Made by a program: the position numbers and the translations under genes. The notes under the pieces are model-generated. The model was not told the DNA's origin and searched no databases. It was given only the letters and a program-made list of their open reading frames with translations. From an uncultured Erysipelotrichaceae bacterium (GTDB taxonomy: Bacteria; Bacillota_I; Bacilli_A; RFN20; CAG-826), in contig CADCPC010000061.1 of the NCBI GenBank assembly GCA_902803285.1, positions 1 to 50,347 of the forward strand: a DNA stretch of 50,347 nt, in the 5' to 3' direction. Shown here in pieces: positions 19,057-28,224 of this stretch (position 1 is its first letter; each line of letters begins with the position of its first letter).

Positions 19057-20040
19057 CTAATTGCGTTTAAACTTTAGCAAAAATAGCTCAAAAGCATAAT
19101 AGCGGTCAACTTGACCGCTTTTTATGTCGAGATCAAGTTGGAACAAATCTTCAAGAGCGTCGTTGATAGCCTTTTCGCTTATCAAAGATAAGTGCTTAGA
19201 TAAAACATATACTCTTCCAGGTTTGATCTTTAATTCTTTCGCTATCTCTTCTTGGGATAGCTTTTTATATTTCAAAAGATATCTAACTTGATTGATTAAT
19301 CTAAATTGATTAGCAAGTTGACTAATAAGAGTAACAGGTTCAATGTTGCTTACTCTTAAATCTTTAAATAAAGCAACCGCTTCAACATTCTTGTTTTCGA
19401 TTAAAAGATTGCTCAATAAGAAAGCATTATCATCTAATTTTCTTGTTACCATCTTGATAACATCTTTATAACGGATGTGGTCAGTATACAAAGCAAGCTT
19501 AGCGATTGTGTTTTTAAATAACGCGACATCGCCATCCGTACGATATGCTAGTTCGGTCAAAGCGTCACGATCAATGACAATATTATGCTTAGCACAATAA
19601 AGTTTGATATATTCTGCAAATGATTTTTCATCAGGGTCAACAATAGGCAAAACTTTTGCTTTTTCTTTTAATAAAAGTACTAATGAGTTTTTTTCATCGA
19701 TAGAAGAACTTGCCACCGATAAAATCAAAGCACTTTCATTATTTCCACCATCTTCGTTGATTAAATCTCTAAGAACGTCATAATCTTGATCAGGTTCTAA
19801 TTTGTTTTTAGGTTTTGGTTTCAATAAGAAATAACAATTTTCTAAAGAGACTACCTTTTTGTCATATCCAAGAGAGACATAACGATATTCATCAACCGCA
19901 TCTTGAACTAGTGAGTTGTGTCCGTCCATTTTGACAAAGTCAAAATCATCAATATTTCCTTCTCCTAAAAAAGAAGTCGCAATTTTTTTGATTTGTGATT
20001 TGATAGTTGGAGATTGGTTGCCGTAGATGAAATAAATCAT
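19057..20040 (-). CDS. holA: DNA polymerase III subunit delta
   Basis: 327 aa. HolA-like length and N-terminus (MIYFIYGNQ...). Located downstream of comEC and convergent with rpsT, matching the comEC-holA-rpsT neighbourhood of Bacillus. Confidence 0.85.
   Translation of the reverse strand: MIYFIYGNQSPTIKSQIKKIATSFLGEGNIDDFDFVKMDGHNSLVQDAVDEYRYVSLGYDKKVVSLENCYFLLKPKPKNKLEPDQDYDVLRDLINEDGGNNESALILSVASSSIDEKNSLVLLLKEKAKVLPIVDPDEKSFAEYIKLYCAKHNIVIDRDALTELAYRTDGDVALFKNTIAKLALYTDHIRYKDVIKMVTRKLDDNAFLLSNLLIENKNVEAVALFKDLRVSNIEPVTLISQLANQFRLINQVRYLLKYKKLSQEEIAKELKIKPGRVYVLSKHLSLISEKAINDALEDLFQLDLDIKSGQVDRYYAFELFLLKFKRN
19101..19126 (+). terminator. rpsT intrinsic terminator embedded in the 3' coding end of convergent holA
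   Basis: AGCGGTC-AACTT-GACCGCT followed by TTTTTAT on the plus strand, 52 nt after the rpsT stop. Confidence 0.75.
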
Positions 20041-20046
20041 AGTTAA

Positions 20047-20052
20047 AGTATA
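20047..20052 (-). promoter_or_regulatory. -10-like hexamer abutting the holA start
   Basis: Minus strand TATACT, then 6 nt (TTAACT), then ATG. No SD. Confidence 0.35.
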
Positions 20053-20088
20053 AACAATTTTATGTCGAAATTGACATAAAAATAAGCA

Positions 20089-22101
20089 TTAGAATGTAAA
20101 AACGTATTTTATAGTGCCTTCTATGTCTGTTCTTCTAATTTTGACGTTATATCTATTTAGTAGAGAAACGACACTTTGATGTGGGTGCCCATATTTATTG
20201 TTTCTGCCACACGATATCACAGATTCTTTTGGATTTATCTTTTCTATAAATTCGGCACAGCTTGATGTCTTTGAGCCGTGATGTCCCGCCTTTAAAACAT
20301 CACATTCCAAGTTAGAATTATCTTTGATAATCTGCTTTTCTATTTTTATCGGTGCATCTCCCATAATTAAAAACTGAACGTCTTTAATAGTAAAACCAAG
20401 GACTAATGATTCATCATTTTCTTCCTTCCACATCTCTGGATAAACATTATAGTTGGTTAAGACGATTCCGTTTATTTCTATTGGAAAATATTGATAGTCC
20501 TTAATATAGTTTTTAACTTTGAAGTTTGTTATTAACGAATTAGCTCCACCAGAATGGTCATAATCATCATGAGTTGTTATTAATAAATCAATATCGTAAA
20601 TTCTATTCTTTTTTAAATAAGGTATTAGCGTTTCTTTAGCGATATCTTGATAAGTACTTCCACCAGTATCTATCATTATCGCAGTGTTTCCTTTTTGAAT
20701 TAAGCACGAATCACCTTGACCTACATTTATGAATGATACAGTGGTAACTATTTGATTTTTAAGTGGGAGCAAATATAAGACGTTAATGCTTAAAAACGCT
20801 ACTCCAAATAGCTTATATAGATCTCGGTTTCCAATTGATAATTCATATAAGAAAAATAGATACACTAATTCATAAATAAGTACACCATAGTTAGGATATG
20901 GAGGAGCATGGATTCTTATTAATATCACCGATAACACTTTTGCAATTCTATATAGGTAATCTGTAAAGGAGTTGATAAATACCTGAATTGGTACCCCGAT
21001 AACTCCTATAAAAGAAACAAAATAATAGATAATTAAAAACGGAGTTAAAACAATTTGTGCCACAATTGATAACGGAGATAAGTCATTATTAAAAGATAAA
21101 ATAAATGGCACTAATGCTCCATATATCACTAAAAGTGATAATATTGTCTTTTTCTTTTTCTTATATTTTCTAAATGATCCGTTAAAAAATAAGATGATAA
21201 AAGGCAAAATATAAGACAATAGGAATGAAATTTGATAGCCGAGATGATAGTCAAATAACAAAAATAATATCCCTGAAAAAGATAATATCTCTAAATAGGT
21301 AAATTTCTTTTTTAATAAGTAGTCATTTATCCACCTTAGTATTCGTATAAAAACATATTTAACTACTACAAATCTTGGAAATGTAAATATCGAATAAATA
21401 AGTAAAAATATAACTCCAATTAAGTCTGCGTACTTCTCTTTTTTAATAATCCTTATAAATATATATTGGATAAATGTAAATATAATATTTAGGAATAACC
21501 CACTTAACGAGGCAATTCTGATGAGATGCATCTCTCGTAAAAGACTAGTTGTTTCATGATAGTCACTACTTCCAAATACTAGCTGCTTAATCAGCCCTCG
21601 AGTTTCCTCATCAAACTTTGCAAGTGTGCTTTTCTTGACTGCGTTTATTCTAAAAGGTGTTTTAAATTTCAAATCTATTCTTTCCGGATATAGCTGATAA
21701 TATACGCCTTTCTTATTTAAATAATCCTTAAAATCAAAAGCGGATTCCGTATTGGAGAATTCTAATGCTTTCTTTTTGCCTGCAATGTTTAATATATCTC
21801 CAATTTCATAAGGATGATCTTTTTCATAAACATACAACTTTTCAAAAGAACTATTAACTATGTAATAGTTATCTTTTACTTCCATTACTACAGCGGAATA
21901 TTCTTCTTTTTGATAGTCAAATCTTATAAATGATAACCCCACACCTAAAAGAATCATTGCAGTAGCAATAAAGGCGCTTTTCTTTGAAAAACGATAAATT
22001 ACAAACCCGATTACTAAAAGAGCCTCTACAATGCCTAAAATGATGGAATAACGGATGTTTATACCAATAAATAAAGATAAGAATAAGAAGAATAGTATCA
22101 C
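20089..22101 (-). CDS. comEC: DNA internalization competence protein ComEC/Rec2
   Basis: 670 aa. Polytopic membrane N-terminal two-thirds plus C-terminal metallo-beta-lactamase domain (THDDYDHSGG, GHHGS). 4-nt overlap with comEA. Confidence 0.92.
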   Translation of the reverse strand: MILFFLFLSLFIGINIRYSIILGIVEALLVIGFVIYRFSKKSAFIATAMILLGVGLSFIRFDYQKEEYSAVVMEVKDNYYIVNSSFEKLYVYEKDHPYEIGDILNIAGKKKALEFSNTESAFDFKDYLNKKGVYYQLYPERIDLKFKTPFRINAVKKSTLAKFDEETRGLIKQLVFGSSDYHETTSLLREMHLIRIASLSGLFLNIIFTFIQYIFIRIIKKEKYADLIGVIFLLIYSIFTFPRFVVVKYVFIRILRWINDYLLKKKFTYLEILSFSGILFLLFDYHLGYQISFLLSYILPFIILFFNGSFRKYKKKKKTILSLLVIYGALVPFILSFNNDLSPLSIVAQIVLTPFLIIYYFVSFIGVIGVPIQVFINSFTDYLYRIAKVLSVILIRIHAPPYPNYGVLIYELVYLFFLYELSIGNRDLYKLFGVAFLSINVLYLLPLKNQIVTTVSFINVGQGDSCLIQKGNTAIMIDTGGSTYQDIAKETLIPYLKKNRIYDIDLLITTHDDYDHSGGANSLITNFKVKNYIKDYQYFPIEINGIVLTNYNVYPEMWKEENDESLVLGFTIKDVQFLIMGDAPIKIEKQIIKDNSNLECDVLKAGHHGSKTSSCAEFIEKINPKESVISCGRNNKYGHPHQSVVSLLNRYNVKIRRTDIEGTIKYVFTF

Positions 22102-22640
22102 TCGTGAAGAATTACAAAGTTTCTAATCTTTTTGTAAGTCGCTGCTCCTATACCATATACTTCTTGAAGCTGCTCTAAAGTTGAAAAAAGTCCGTTGCTA
22201 GTACGATACGTAATAATAGAAGAAGCAATTGTAGAAGAAATGCCGTTGACACTAGCTAAAGTAGTTGCGTCATCAGTATTGACATTAACTTTGTTAATAG
22301 GCTCGCTGCTACATATGTCGCTGGCATCATATAAAGAAGCAATATAATAAGTCATTCCACTAGTTAAAACTGCGGTTTCATAATACGCTCTTTCATCTGA
22401 ATTACTCGTTGCCCCATTTGCGGCAGCTAATAAGTCTTCCATGGTTGCCCCTTCATCTAACGTATAAGTGCCTGGTTTATAAACTTCTCCTTCCACAGTG
22501 ATAGATATTTTGTTTGTGTCACTCACTTCTGTGACATTTGCCCCACTAGAAGAATTAATTCCTGAGTTAGGGTCGAGGAATAGGAAAGCACCAATCACTG
22601 CAATGGTGACTACCACTACTCCAATAAGGATTTTGATCAT
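22098..22640 (-). CDS. comEA: Competence protein ComEA (DNA receptor, SLBB + helix-hairpin-helix)
   Basis: N-terminal membrane anchor MIKILIGVVVVTIAVIGAF, SLBB-like VEGEVYKPGTY, C-terminal HhH LEQLQEVYGIGAATYKKI. Start set to ATG 22640 (AGGGAGG 9 nt upstream). The track extension to 22685 reads through the greA terminator hairpin. Confidence 0.88.
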   Translation of the reverse strand: MIKILIGVVVVTIAVIGAFLFLDPNSGINSSSGANVTEVSDTNKISITVEGEVYKPGTYTLDEGATMEDLLAAANGATSNSDERAYYETAVLTSGMTYYIASLYDASDICSSEPINKVNVNTDDATTLASVNGISSTIASSIITYRTSNGLFSTLEQLQEVYGIGAATYKKIRNFVILHE

Positions 22641-22676
22641 AAACAAAAACCTCCCTTCATTTGTTAGATAGGGAGG
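22641..22676 (-). terminator. greA intrinsic terminator whose 3' arm is the comEA Shine-Dalgarno sequence
   Basis: Minus strand CCTCCCT-(13-nt loop ATCTAACAAATGA)-AGGGAGG, followed by TTTTTGTTT and then the comEA ATG. Confidence 0.7.
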
Positions 22677-22705
22677 AATTTGCAAGTTTTTTAATATTTT
22701 TTTAA

Positions 22706-23179
22706 TTAAGCGCCAACTTTTAAGATTTCAACTTGGTAAGGAACTTTGCCTTTAACTTCAACAACATCACCTAATGTTTTGCCAATTAATGCTTCACCAA
22801 GTGGACATGCATTAGAGATTTTTTGGTTGAATGGATCGCTTTCAACTGTACCAACAATCATGAATGTTTGTTCTTTGTCGTTGTTTAAGAATTTGATGGT
22901 AACTGTTGTTCCTAAAGCAATTTTATTGCTTCTTTTCTTTCCTTCTTCATCAATGATTTCAGCGTTAGAAAGAATATTTTCAATTTCTTTAATACGTCCT
23001 TCAACTTCAGCTTGTCTATTTCTAGCAGCATCATAGTCTGCATTTTCGCTTAAGTCACCTTGAGCTCTAGCTTCTGCTAATTGTCTTTTAACATCGTCAC
23101 GAACAACTTCAATTAAATTACGAAGTTCTTCTTCAAGTTTTTGTTTACCAGCTCTTGTTAATTTTGTTTTATCTGCCAT
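22706..23179 (-). CDS. greA: Transcription elongation factor GreA
   Basis: 157 aa. Coiled-coil N-terminal domain with acidic tip GDLSENADYDAA, plus C-terminal globular domain. Confidence 0.96.
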   Translation of the reverse strand: MADKTKLTRAGKQKLEEELRNLIEVVRDDVKRQLAEARAQGDLSENADYDAARNRQAEVEGRIKEIENILSNAEIIDEEGKKRSNKIALGTTVTIKFLNNDKEQTFMIVGTVESDPFNQKISNACPLGEALIGKTLGDVVEVKGKVPYQVEILKVGA

Positions 23180-23204
23180 GGGTTGTACCTCAATTTCAAG
23201 CGTT

Positions 23205-23234
23205 ATTATAACAATAACGATTTCTTAATTCCAA
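23205..23234 (-). promoter_or_regulatory. greA promoter (extended -10)
   Basis: Minus strand TTGGAA, 18-nt spacer, TGTTATAAT. A 7-bp-arm inverted repeat CGTTATT/AATAACG (23201..23219) overlaps the -10 box. Confidence 0.6.
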
Positions 23235-23306
23235 TATTTGTTAAAAATCTTTGTATTTTTATGTTCAAAGTTTATTTATATCGCACTTTCTTGTATACTA
23301 TCGTGG

Positions 23307-23897
23307 ATGAAAAAAGATAGTCTTTGGTTTCGTTTATTAGTTCTATTCCTGGTCTTCCTTAAGACAGGAGCTTTAACTTTTGGTGGGGGATATGCAATGA
23401 TCCCAATTATCCAAAATGAAGTTGCTGGTAAAAGGAAATGGGTTACTGACAGTGAAATTATCGATATTATTGCTATAGCAGAATCAACTCCTGGTCCTAT
23501 TGCTGTAAATACAGCAACTTATGTTGGTTATAAAGTTGCAGGGGTTATAGGATCAATCGTTGCCACACTAGGTTTGGTCGTACCTTCTTTTGTAATTATT
23601 TTCGTTATCTCATTCTTCTATAAAGATTTTATGAAAATCGCAGCTATCCAAGCGATGTTTAAAGGTCTTAAAGTTGGAGTTATTATTCTCTTATTTTCTG
23701 CACTCATCAAGTTATCCAAAGGTGTTAAATTAAATCTTTTTACAATTATCTTATTTGTAATCGGTTTTTCAATAATGGTATTAGCAAACTTCTTGCCTAA
23801 TAATTTCAATTATTGGTCTCTCTGCTTAATCTTATTTGGCGCATTATGCGGCATTATCGGAGTGATTATTTCCAAAAAGAAAGGAGAGAATAAATAA
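23307..23897 (+). CDS. Chromate transporter (CHR) family protein, first half-size subunit
   Basis: FGGGYAMIPIIQ CHR-family motif with multiple TM helices. Start set at ATG 23307 (MKKDSLWF...). The track start 23238 is a TTG inside the divergent promoter region. Confidence 0.8.
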   Translation: MKKDSLWFRLLVLFLVFLKTGALTFGGGYAMIPIIQNEVAGKRKWVTDSEIIDIIAIAESTPGPIAVNTATYVGYKVAGVIGSIVATLGLVVPSFVIIFVISFFYKDFMKIAAIQAMFKGLKVGVIILLFSALIKLSKGVKLNLFTIILFVIGFSIMVLANFLPNNFNYWSLCLILFGALCGIIGVIISKKKGENK

Positions 23898-24472
23898 TGA
23901 TCTATTTTGAGTTATTTTATACTTTCTTTTTAATTGGCTTATTCACCTTTGGTGGGGGATACGCAATGATTCCGATGATTGAAGAACAAGTTGTCACTAA
24001 AGGATGGATTGCAGAAGCTACATTAACTGATTTTATTGCTGTTAGCGAAGTTACTCCTGGACCATTTGCATTAAATATCTCTACATTTATTGGCAACAAC
24101 ATCGGTGGAGTCTTTGGTGCTATTTGTTCAACGATAGGTGTTATTCTCCCTTCGCTAATCATTATTATTATAGTGGCAATTGTAATGAATAAATTCATTA
24201 CTAATAAATTTGTCCGTGGTGCACTTAATGGAGTTAAGCCTATTGTTTTATCTCTTATTTTCTCCACAGCTTTATTTATGCTTATTAAAGTTGTCTTCTT
24301 TAGTGGAAACGCAATTGGCGGAGAATTAGCGTTTGATATGAAGAGTTTTACTCTTCTCATTGTTCTTGTTGGCTATATTATTATCCATAAATTTGTGCAA
24401 AAGAAAAGCGTCTCTCCTATTAAGATGTTAGGAATAGCCGCTTTGCTTGGTTTAATAATATTTACTGTTTAG
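23897..24472 (+). CDS. Chromate transporter (CHR) family protein, second half-size subunit
   Basis: 191 aa. FGGGYAMIPMIE motif. ATGA overlap with the preceding half. Confidence 0.85.
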   Translation: MIYFELFYTFFLIGLFTFGGGYAMIPMIEEQVVTKGWIAEATLTDFIAVSEVTPGPFALNISTFIGNNIGGVFGAICSTIGVILPSLIIIIIVAIVMNKFITNKFVRGALNGVKPIVLSLIFSTALFMLIKVVFFSGNAIGGELAFDMKSFTLLIVLVGYIIIHKFVQKKSVSPIKMLGIAALLGLIIFTV

Positions 24473-24729
24473 TTTCCTTCAGGATGTTCTTCCATGAAGG
24501 CGTTGAATACCTCTTCAACTTCTTCATATTCTTCATCGCTTTCTATTTCAAAGAGTTCTCCATTATCGTTATATTCCATCGCGATAATATCTTCAGGAGA
24601 ATCTTTTTCATATAAGAAGACGTACTTTTTGCCTCTCTCTTCATGTTCATAAGTAAAGAGGATTTCCATTAGATGCTTATTGCCTTCGCTATCTTCGATA
24701 GTAATTTGTTTTTCGTCAATTAAATCCAT
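24469..24729 (-). CDS. DUF1292 family small acidic protein (YrzB-like)
   Basis: 86 aa, acidic. Position after ruvX matches the Bacillus alaS-ruvX-yrzB arrangement. Confidence 0.7.
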   Translation of the reverse strand: MDLIDEKQITIEDSEGNKHLMEILFTYEHEERGKKYVFLYEKDSPEDIIAMEYNDNGELFEIESDEEYEEVEEVFNAFMEEHPEGN

Positions 24730-24730
24730 A

Positions 24731-25156
24731 CTATTTATTTCCTTTCATTCTGAGATAAAAATCTAATATTTCACAGGCTGCCAAACGGTCAACACTGTTT
24801 TTTCTTTGCTTAGAGTTAACGTTTAATTCATTTAAAGTACGATGAGCAGTAATCGTTGTCATTCTTTCATCTTGTAGATCAACTTTCAAAGTTTCATCTT
24901 CCTTTAATAAATCTTCGGCAAATCTTCGGCTTCTTTTTGCACTTTCACCTTCACTACCATCCATATTAATTGGTAAACCAATTACAATGTTTTTTATTCC
25001 AGTGGAGGCCACTAATTCATGCACTCTTTTGCGAGCTTTAGAATAAGCTTCAGCTTGGAACTTAAATGTTTCTAGGCCATGGACAAAGCCAAGAATATCG
25101 CTAATGGCAATTCCGATGGTTGTAGTTCCTAAATCAAGACCGATATATTTTTCCAT
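24731..25156 (-). CDS. ruvX: Holliday junction resolvase-like / pre-16S rRNA nuclease RuvX (YqgF)
   Basis: 141 aa. GLDLGTTTIGIA N-terminus and the YqgF family layout. TAATG junction with alaS. Confidence 0.92.
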   Translation of the reverse strand: MEKYIGLDLGTTTIGIAISDILGFVHGLETFKFQAEAYSKARKRVHELVASTGIKNIVIGLPINMDGSEGESAKRSRRFAEDLLKEDETLKVDLQDERMTTITAHRTLNELNVNSKQRKNSVDRLAACEILDFYLRMKGNK

Positions 25157-27762
25157 TACTTGATCAAATCCTTTGCTAGTTTAATAGCGTCTTCAATCTT
25201 GGATTTATCTTTACCAGCGCCATTAGCAAATTCTACTCTTCCGCCACCAGAGCCACTTAAGACTCTTGCAACTTCTCTAATAATATTTCCAGCAGCGTTA
25301 GTAGCTAAAGCTTTTCCGTTTACACTACATAATAGAGCAACACCATCATTAGAATCGCCAATTAATAAAATGACTGAATCTGGGTGAGAAACTTTAAGTT
25401 TATCAATTAAATTAAGTAAAGCATTACGATTAGAATCTTTAAGGTGTTTTACCAATACTTCGTGGTCGCCTAAAGAAACGAATTCGCTATTGATTGCACT
25501 AGCTTCACTATTAGCAAGTTTACTGCTTAATGATTCAAGCTGTCTCTTAGTTTCCGCTTTTTCATTAAGCAAAGAATTGATTCTTAAATTGACCTCGCTA
25601 AATGCAGCAGCACCAAGATTTTTTCTTGCTTGGTTCAAGATATTTTCACGTTTTTTGAGTAATTCGTAAGCGCCGATAGATGTTCTAGCAACAATACGTC
25701 TAACTCCACTAGCAACACTTTCTTCGCTTTCAATAACAAAGACACCGATGTCTTGTGTGTTTTTGACGTGTGTTCCACCACAGAATTCTTTGCTAACATC
25801 GCCAAAGCAAACAACTCTAACGACATCACCATATTTATCATCAAATAGTGCTTTTGCGCCAATTTGTTTTGCTTCTTCAATAGGTAAGACTTTAGTCTCT
25901 TCTTCGATTCCTTCAGCAATCCAAGAGTTAACCTTTCTTTCTACAGTAGCGATTTCTTCTTCACTCATCTTATTGAAGTGAGAGAAGTCAAAATGAATAT
26001 ATTCATCACAGACGTAACTACCCTTTTGATTGATATGATCTCCGCGAACTTCCATGAGTGCTGCTTGTAGTAAGTGGACAGAAGAGTGATTTCTCGTGAT
26101 CAATTTACGACGATTGGCATCAACATTTAGAGACACCTTATCTCCAACTTTGATTTCGCCATAAAGAATAGAGACATGATGTAAGTGTTGTTTATTAGGA
26201 GCCTTAGTGACATTAAGGACCTTGGCTTCCATGTCTTTGTTTTTAATTTCACCAGTGTCTGCAACTTGTCCGCCACTTTCCGCATAGAAAGGAGTTTCTT
26301 TTAGAATAATGTCGCCTTCTTCACCGTTTAATGATTCAACTTTAACACCATCTTTGAAGACTCCGATTACTTCGCTATCTAAAGATAGTTTTTCATAATT
26401 GAATTTAGATTCATCCTTGCAGTTCATTAAATCGATGGATTGCTTATTCATGGATTGTAAGTCCCCTCTAGCGGCTCTTGCTCTTTCTTTTTGAGCAGCC
26501 ATTTCTTTATTAAAGCCTTCGACATCAACCTTAACTCCTCTTTCTTCACAGATTTCGAGAGTTAATTCTTTAGGGAAACCGAATGTATCATAAAGCTTGA
26601 ACATATCACTTCCTGATAAAGTATTACTACCTTTTAATAAGTCATTAAGCAAAGCTTCACCATTAGAAAGCGTCTTTAAGAATTTTTCTTCTTCAGCCTT
26701 AATTAATTTCTTCACATAATCAGCTTTGCTGATAAGGTATGGATAAAAGTCTTTCATAATTGAAACAACAACATCCACTAATTCATATAAGAAGGTATGG
26801 TTAATGCCTAAAACACGGCCATATCTTTCTGCTCTTCTAACAAGTCTTCTTAAAACATATCCACGGCCTTCATTAGAGAACACTTCACCGTCAGCAATAG
26901 CAAATGTGACAGCTCTAATATGATCAGCGATAACTCTAAAAGCCATTTTGTTATCATCATATTTCTTGCCAGATAATTCTTGGGTTTTTTCGATGATTGG
27001 CCAGAATAAGTCTGTTTCAAAGTTAGATTGAGTTCCTTGCATAACACAAGCAAATCTTTCAAGTCCTGCGCCTGTATCAATATTCTTGCTAGGTAATTCC
27101 TTATAATCACTTCTTTTCACGCCGCTAACTGCGTTATATTGCGAGAAAACAATATTCCAAATTTCGATATAACGGTCATTTTCCATATCGTTTTTGAGTA
27201 AGTCAATGCCAATATGCTTTGGATCATATTTTTCACCTCTATCAAAATAGATTTCAGTATCTGGACCACAAGGACCATCGCCAATTTCCCAGAAGTTTCC
27301 TTCTAAAGGAATAAGATGACTCTCTTCAATACCAGCTTTCATCCAACAATTCTTAGTTTCTAAATCATCTGGGAAGTAAGTGATGTAGAGTTTTTCTTTA
27401 TCAAATCCAAAATATTTATCATCTGTTAATAACTCAACTGCCCAAGGGATAACTTCAGCACGGAAATAATCTCCAATGGAGAAATTGCCGAGCATTTCAA
27501 AGAATGTGTGATGTCTATCAGTTCTACCGACATTTTCAATATCATTAGTTCTAATGGATTTTTGTGCATTAGTGATTCTTCTGCTAGGTGGAACTTCACT
27601 GCCATCAAAATATTTCTTTAATGCTGCAACTCCTGCATTGATCCATAACAAAGTTGGATCATTTTTAGGAATTAATGAACTTCCTGGTTCAATGTGATGC
27701 CCTTTGCTTTCAAAGAATTTTAACCAGGTATTTCTAATTTCACTGCCAGTCATCTTTTTCAT
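25156..27762 (-). CDS. alaS: Alanine--tRNA ligase
   Basis: N-terminus MKKMTGSEIRNTWLKFFESKGH is the canonical AlaRS start. Editing-domain HxxxH (HSSVHLL) and CGGTH motifs are present. Start set at ATG 27762 (GGAGG 7 nt upstream). The track start 27795 lies inside the T-box terminator. Confidence 0.96.
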   Translation of the reverse strand: MKKMTGSEIRNTWLKFFESKGHHIEPGSSLIPKNDPTLLWINAGVAALKKYFDGSEVPPSRRITNAQKSIRTNDIENVGRTDRHHTFFEMLGNFSIGDYFRAEVIPWAVELLTDDKYFGFDKEKLYITYFPDDLETKNCWMKAGIEESHLIPLEGNFWEIGDGPCGPDTEIYFDRGEKYDPKHIGIDLLKNDMENDRYIEIWNIVFSQYNAVSGVKRSDYKELPSKNIDTGAGLERFACVMQGTQSNFETDLFWPIIEKTQELSGKKYDDNKMAFRVIADHIRAVTFAIADGEVFSNEGRGYVLRRLVRRAERYGRVLGINHTFLYELVDVVVSIMKDFYPYLISKADYVKKLIKAEEEKFLKTLSNGEALLNDLLKGSNTLSGSDMFKLYDTFGFPKELTLEICEERGVKVDVEGFNKEMAAQKERARAARGDLQSMNKQSIDLMNCKDESKFNYEKLSLDSEVIGVFKDGVKVESLNGEEGDIILKETPFYAESGGQVADTGEIKNKDMEAKVLNVTKAPNKQHLHHVSILYGEIKVGDKVSLNVDANRRKLITRNHSSVHLLQAALMEVRGDHINQKGSYVCDEYIHFDFSHFNKMSEEEIATVERKVNSWIAEGIEEETKVLPIEEAKQIGAKALFDDKYGDVVRVVCFGDVSKEFCGGTHVKNTQDIGVFVIESEESVASGVRRIVARTSIGAYELLKKRENILNQARKNLGAAAFSEVNLRINSLLNEKAETKRQLESLSSKLANSEASAINSEFVSLGDHEVLVKHLKDSNRNALLNLIDKLKVSHPDSVILLIGDSNDGVALLCSVNGKALATNAAGNIIREVARVLSGSGGGRVEFANGAGKDKSKIEDAIKLAKDLIK

Positions 27763-27780
27763 ATTTTTTCCTCCAAATAT

Positions 27781-27982
27781 AAGAAAACGTTCCATATAGG
27801 AACGAAATAATCCGCGCTACCATCCTATTTCCTCCTCCATTTCGGAAGAGACTCTTAATTATAGTTAATCGTAACTTTACGGTGGCATTACCCACGTGTC
27901 AGGGAGTGGCCCAATTATCTCTCTATATCCTCTTCCAGCAACAGGACTCTCTATTATAGAGAAGGTAAAATTCTTTCCCTCG
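27781..27982 (-). promoter_or_regulatory. T-box riboswitch leader of alaS
   Basis: Minus strand contains the AGAGAG box, stem I base AGGGA...TCCCT, candidate specifier GCC followed by A (27910..27908), T-box sequence AGGATGGTAGCGCGG (27826..27812), and terminator CGTTCC-TATAT-GGAACG followed by TTTTCTT (27804..27781). Confidence 0.85.
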
Positions 27983-27988
27983 TGAATA

Positions 27989-28017
27989 AATATAAATAAT
28001 CATAGATTAAATAGCAA
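27989..28017 (-). promoter_or_regulatory. Promoter of the alaS T-box leader
   Basis: Minus strand TTGCTA, 17-nt spacer, TATATT. Confidence 0.6.
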
Positions 28018-28024
28018 CACTTTT

Positions 28025-28054
28025 AAGAAAAAACCGATTCATAAGAACCGGTTT
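28025..28054 (-). terminator. Intrinsic terminator after the rubredoxin gene
   Basis: Minus strand AAACCGGTTC-TTAT-GAATCGGTTT (10 bp with one G-U) running into TTTTTTC. Confidence 0.65.
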
Positions 28055-28059
28055 ATTGA

Positions 28060-28215
28060 TTATTCTTTTTCGAAGCTATCTTTTGGTAGACCACACCATG
28101 GGCACAAATATGTATCAGGTAAATCCTCAAATTTTGTGCCTGGAGCGATACCTTGTTCTGGATCGCCTAATTCTTCATCATAGACAAATCCACAAGCTGG
28201 ACACACGTATCTCAT
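28060..28215 (-). CDS. Rubredoxin
   Basis: Below the 60-aa track cutoff. My translation: [51 protein letters not shown] (51 aa) with CPxCG...CPxCG iron ligands. SD GGAGG upstream. Confidence 0.9.
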   Translation of the reverse strand: MRYVCPACGFVYDEELGDPEQGIAPGTKFEDLPDTYLCPWCGLPKDSFEKE

Positions 28216-28224
28216 ATCATCCTC

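Noticed and set aside
22641-22685. N-terminal extension of comEA (MQIPPYLTNEGRFLF)
   Set aside because: It reads through the greA terminator hairpin. The internal ATG 22640 has a proper SD and starts exactly at the membrane anchor.
23307-24472. Two adjacent half-size chromate-transporter genes considered as a frameshifted pseudogene
   Set aside because: Each half has its own FGGGYAMIP motif and a full complement of helices, and they are joined by an ATGA overlap. Paired short-chain CHR genes are a known arrangement (for example the Bacillus ywrA/ywrB type).
27763-27795. N-terminal extension of alaS (MERFLIFGGKN...) in the ORF track
   Set aside because: The extension is encoded by the T-box terminator hairpin and T-run. 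The canonical AlaRS N-terminus MKKMTGSEIR begins at 27762 with GGAGG 7 nt upstream.
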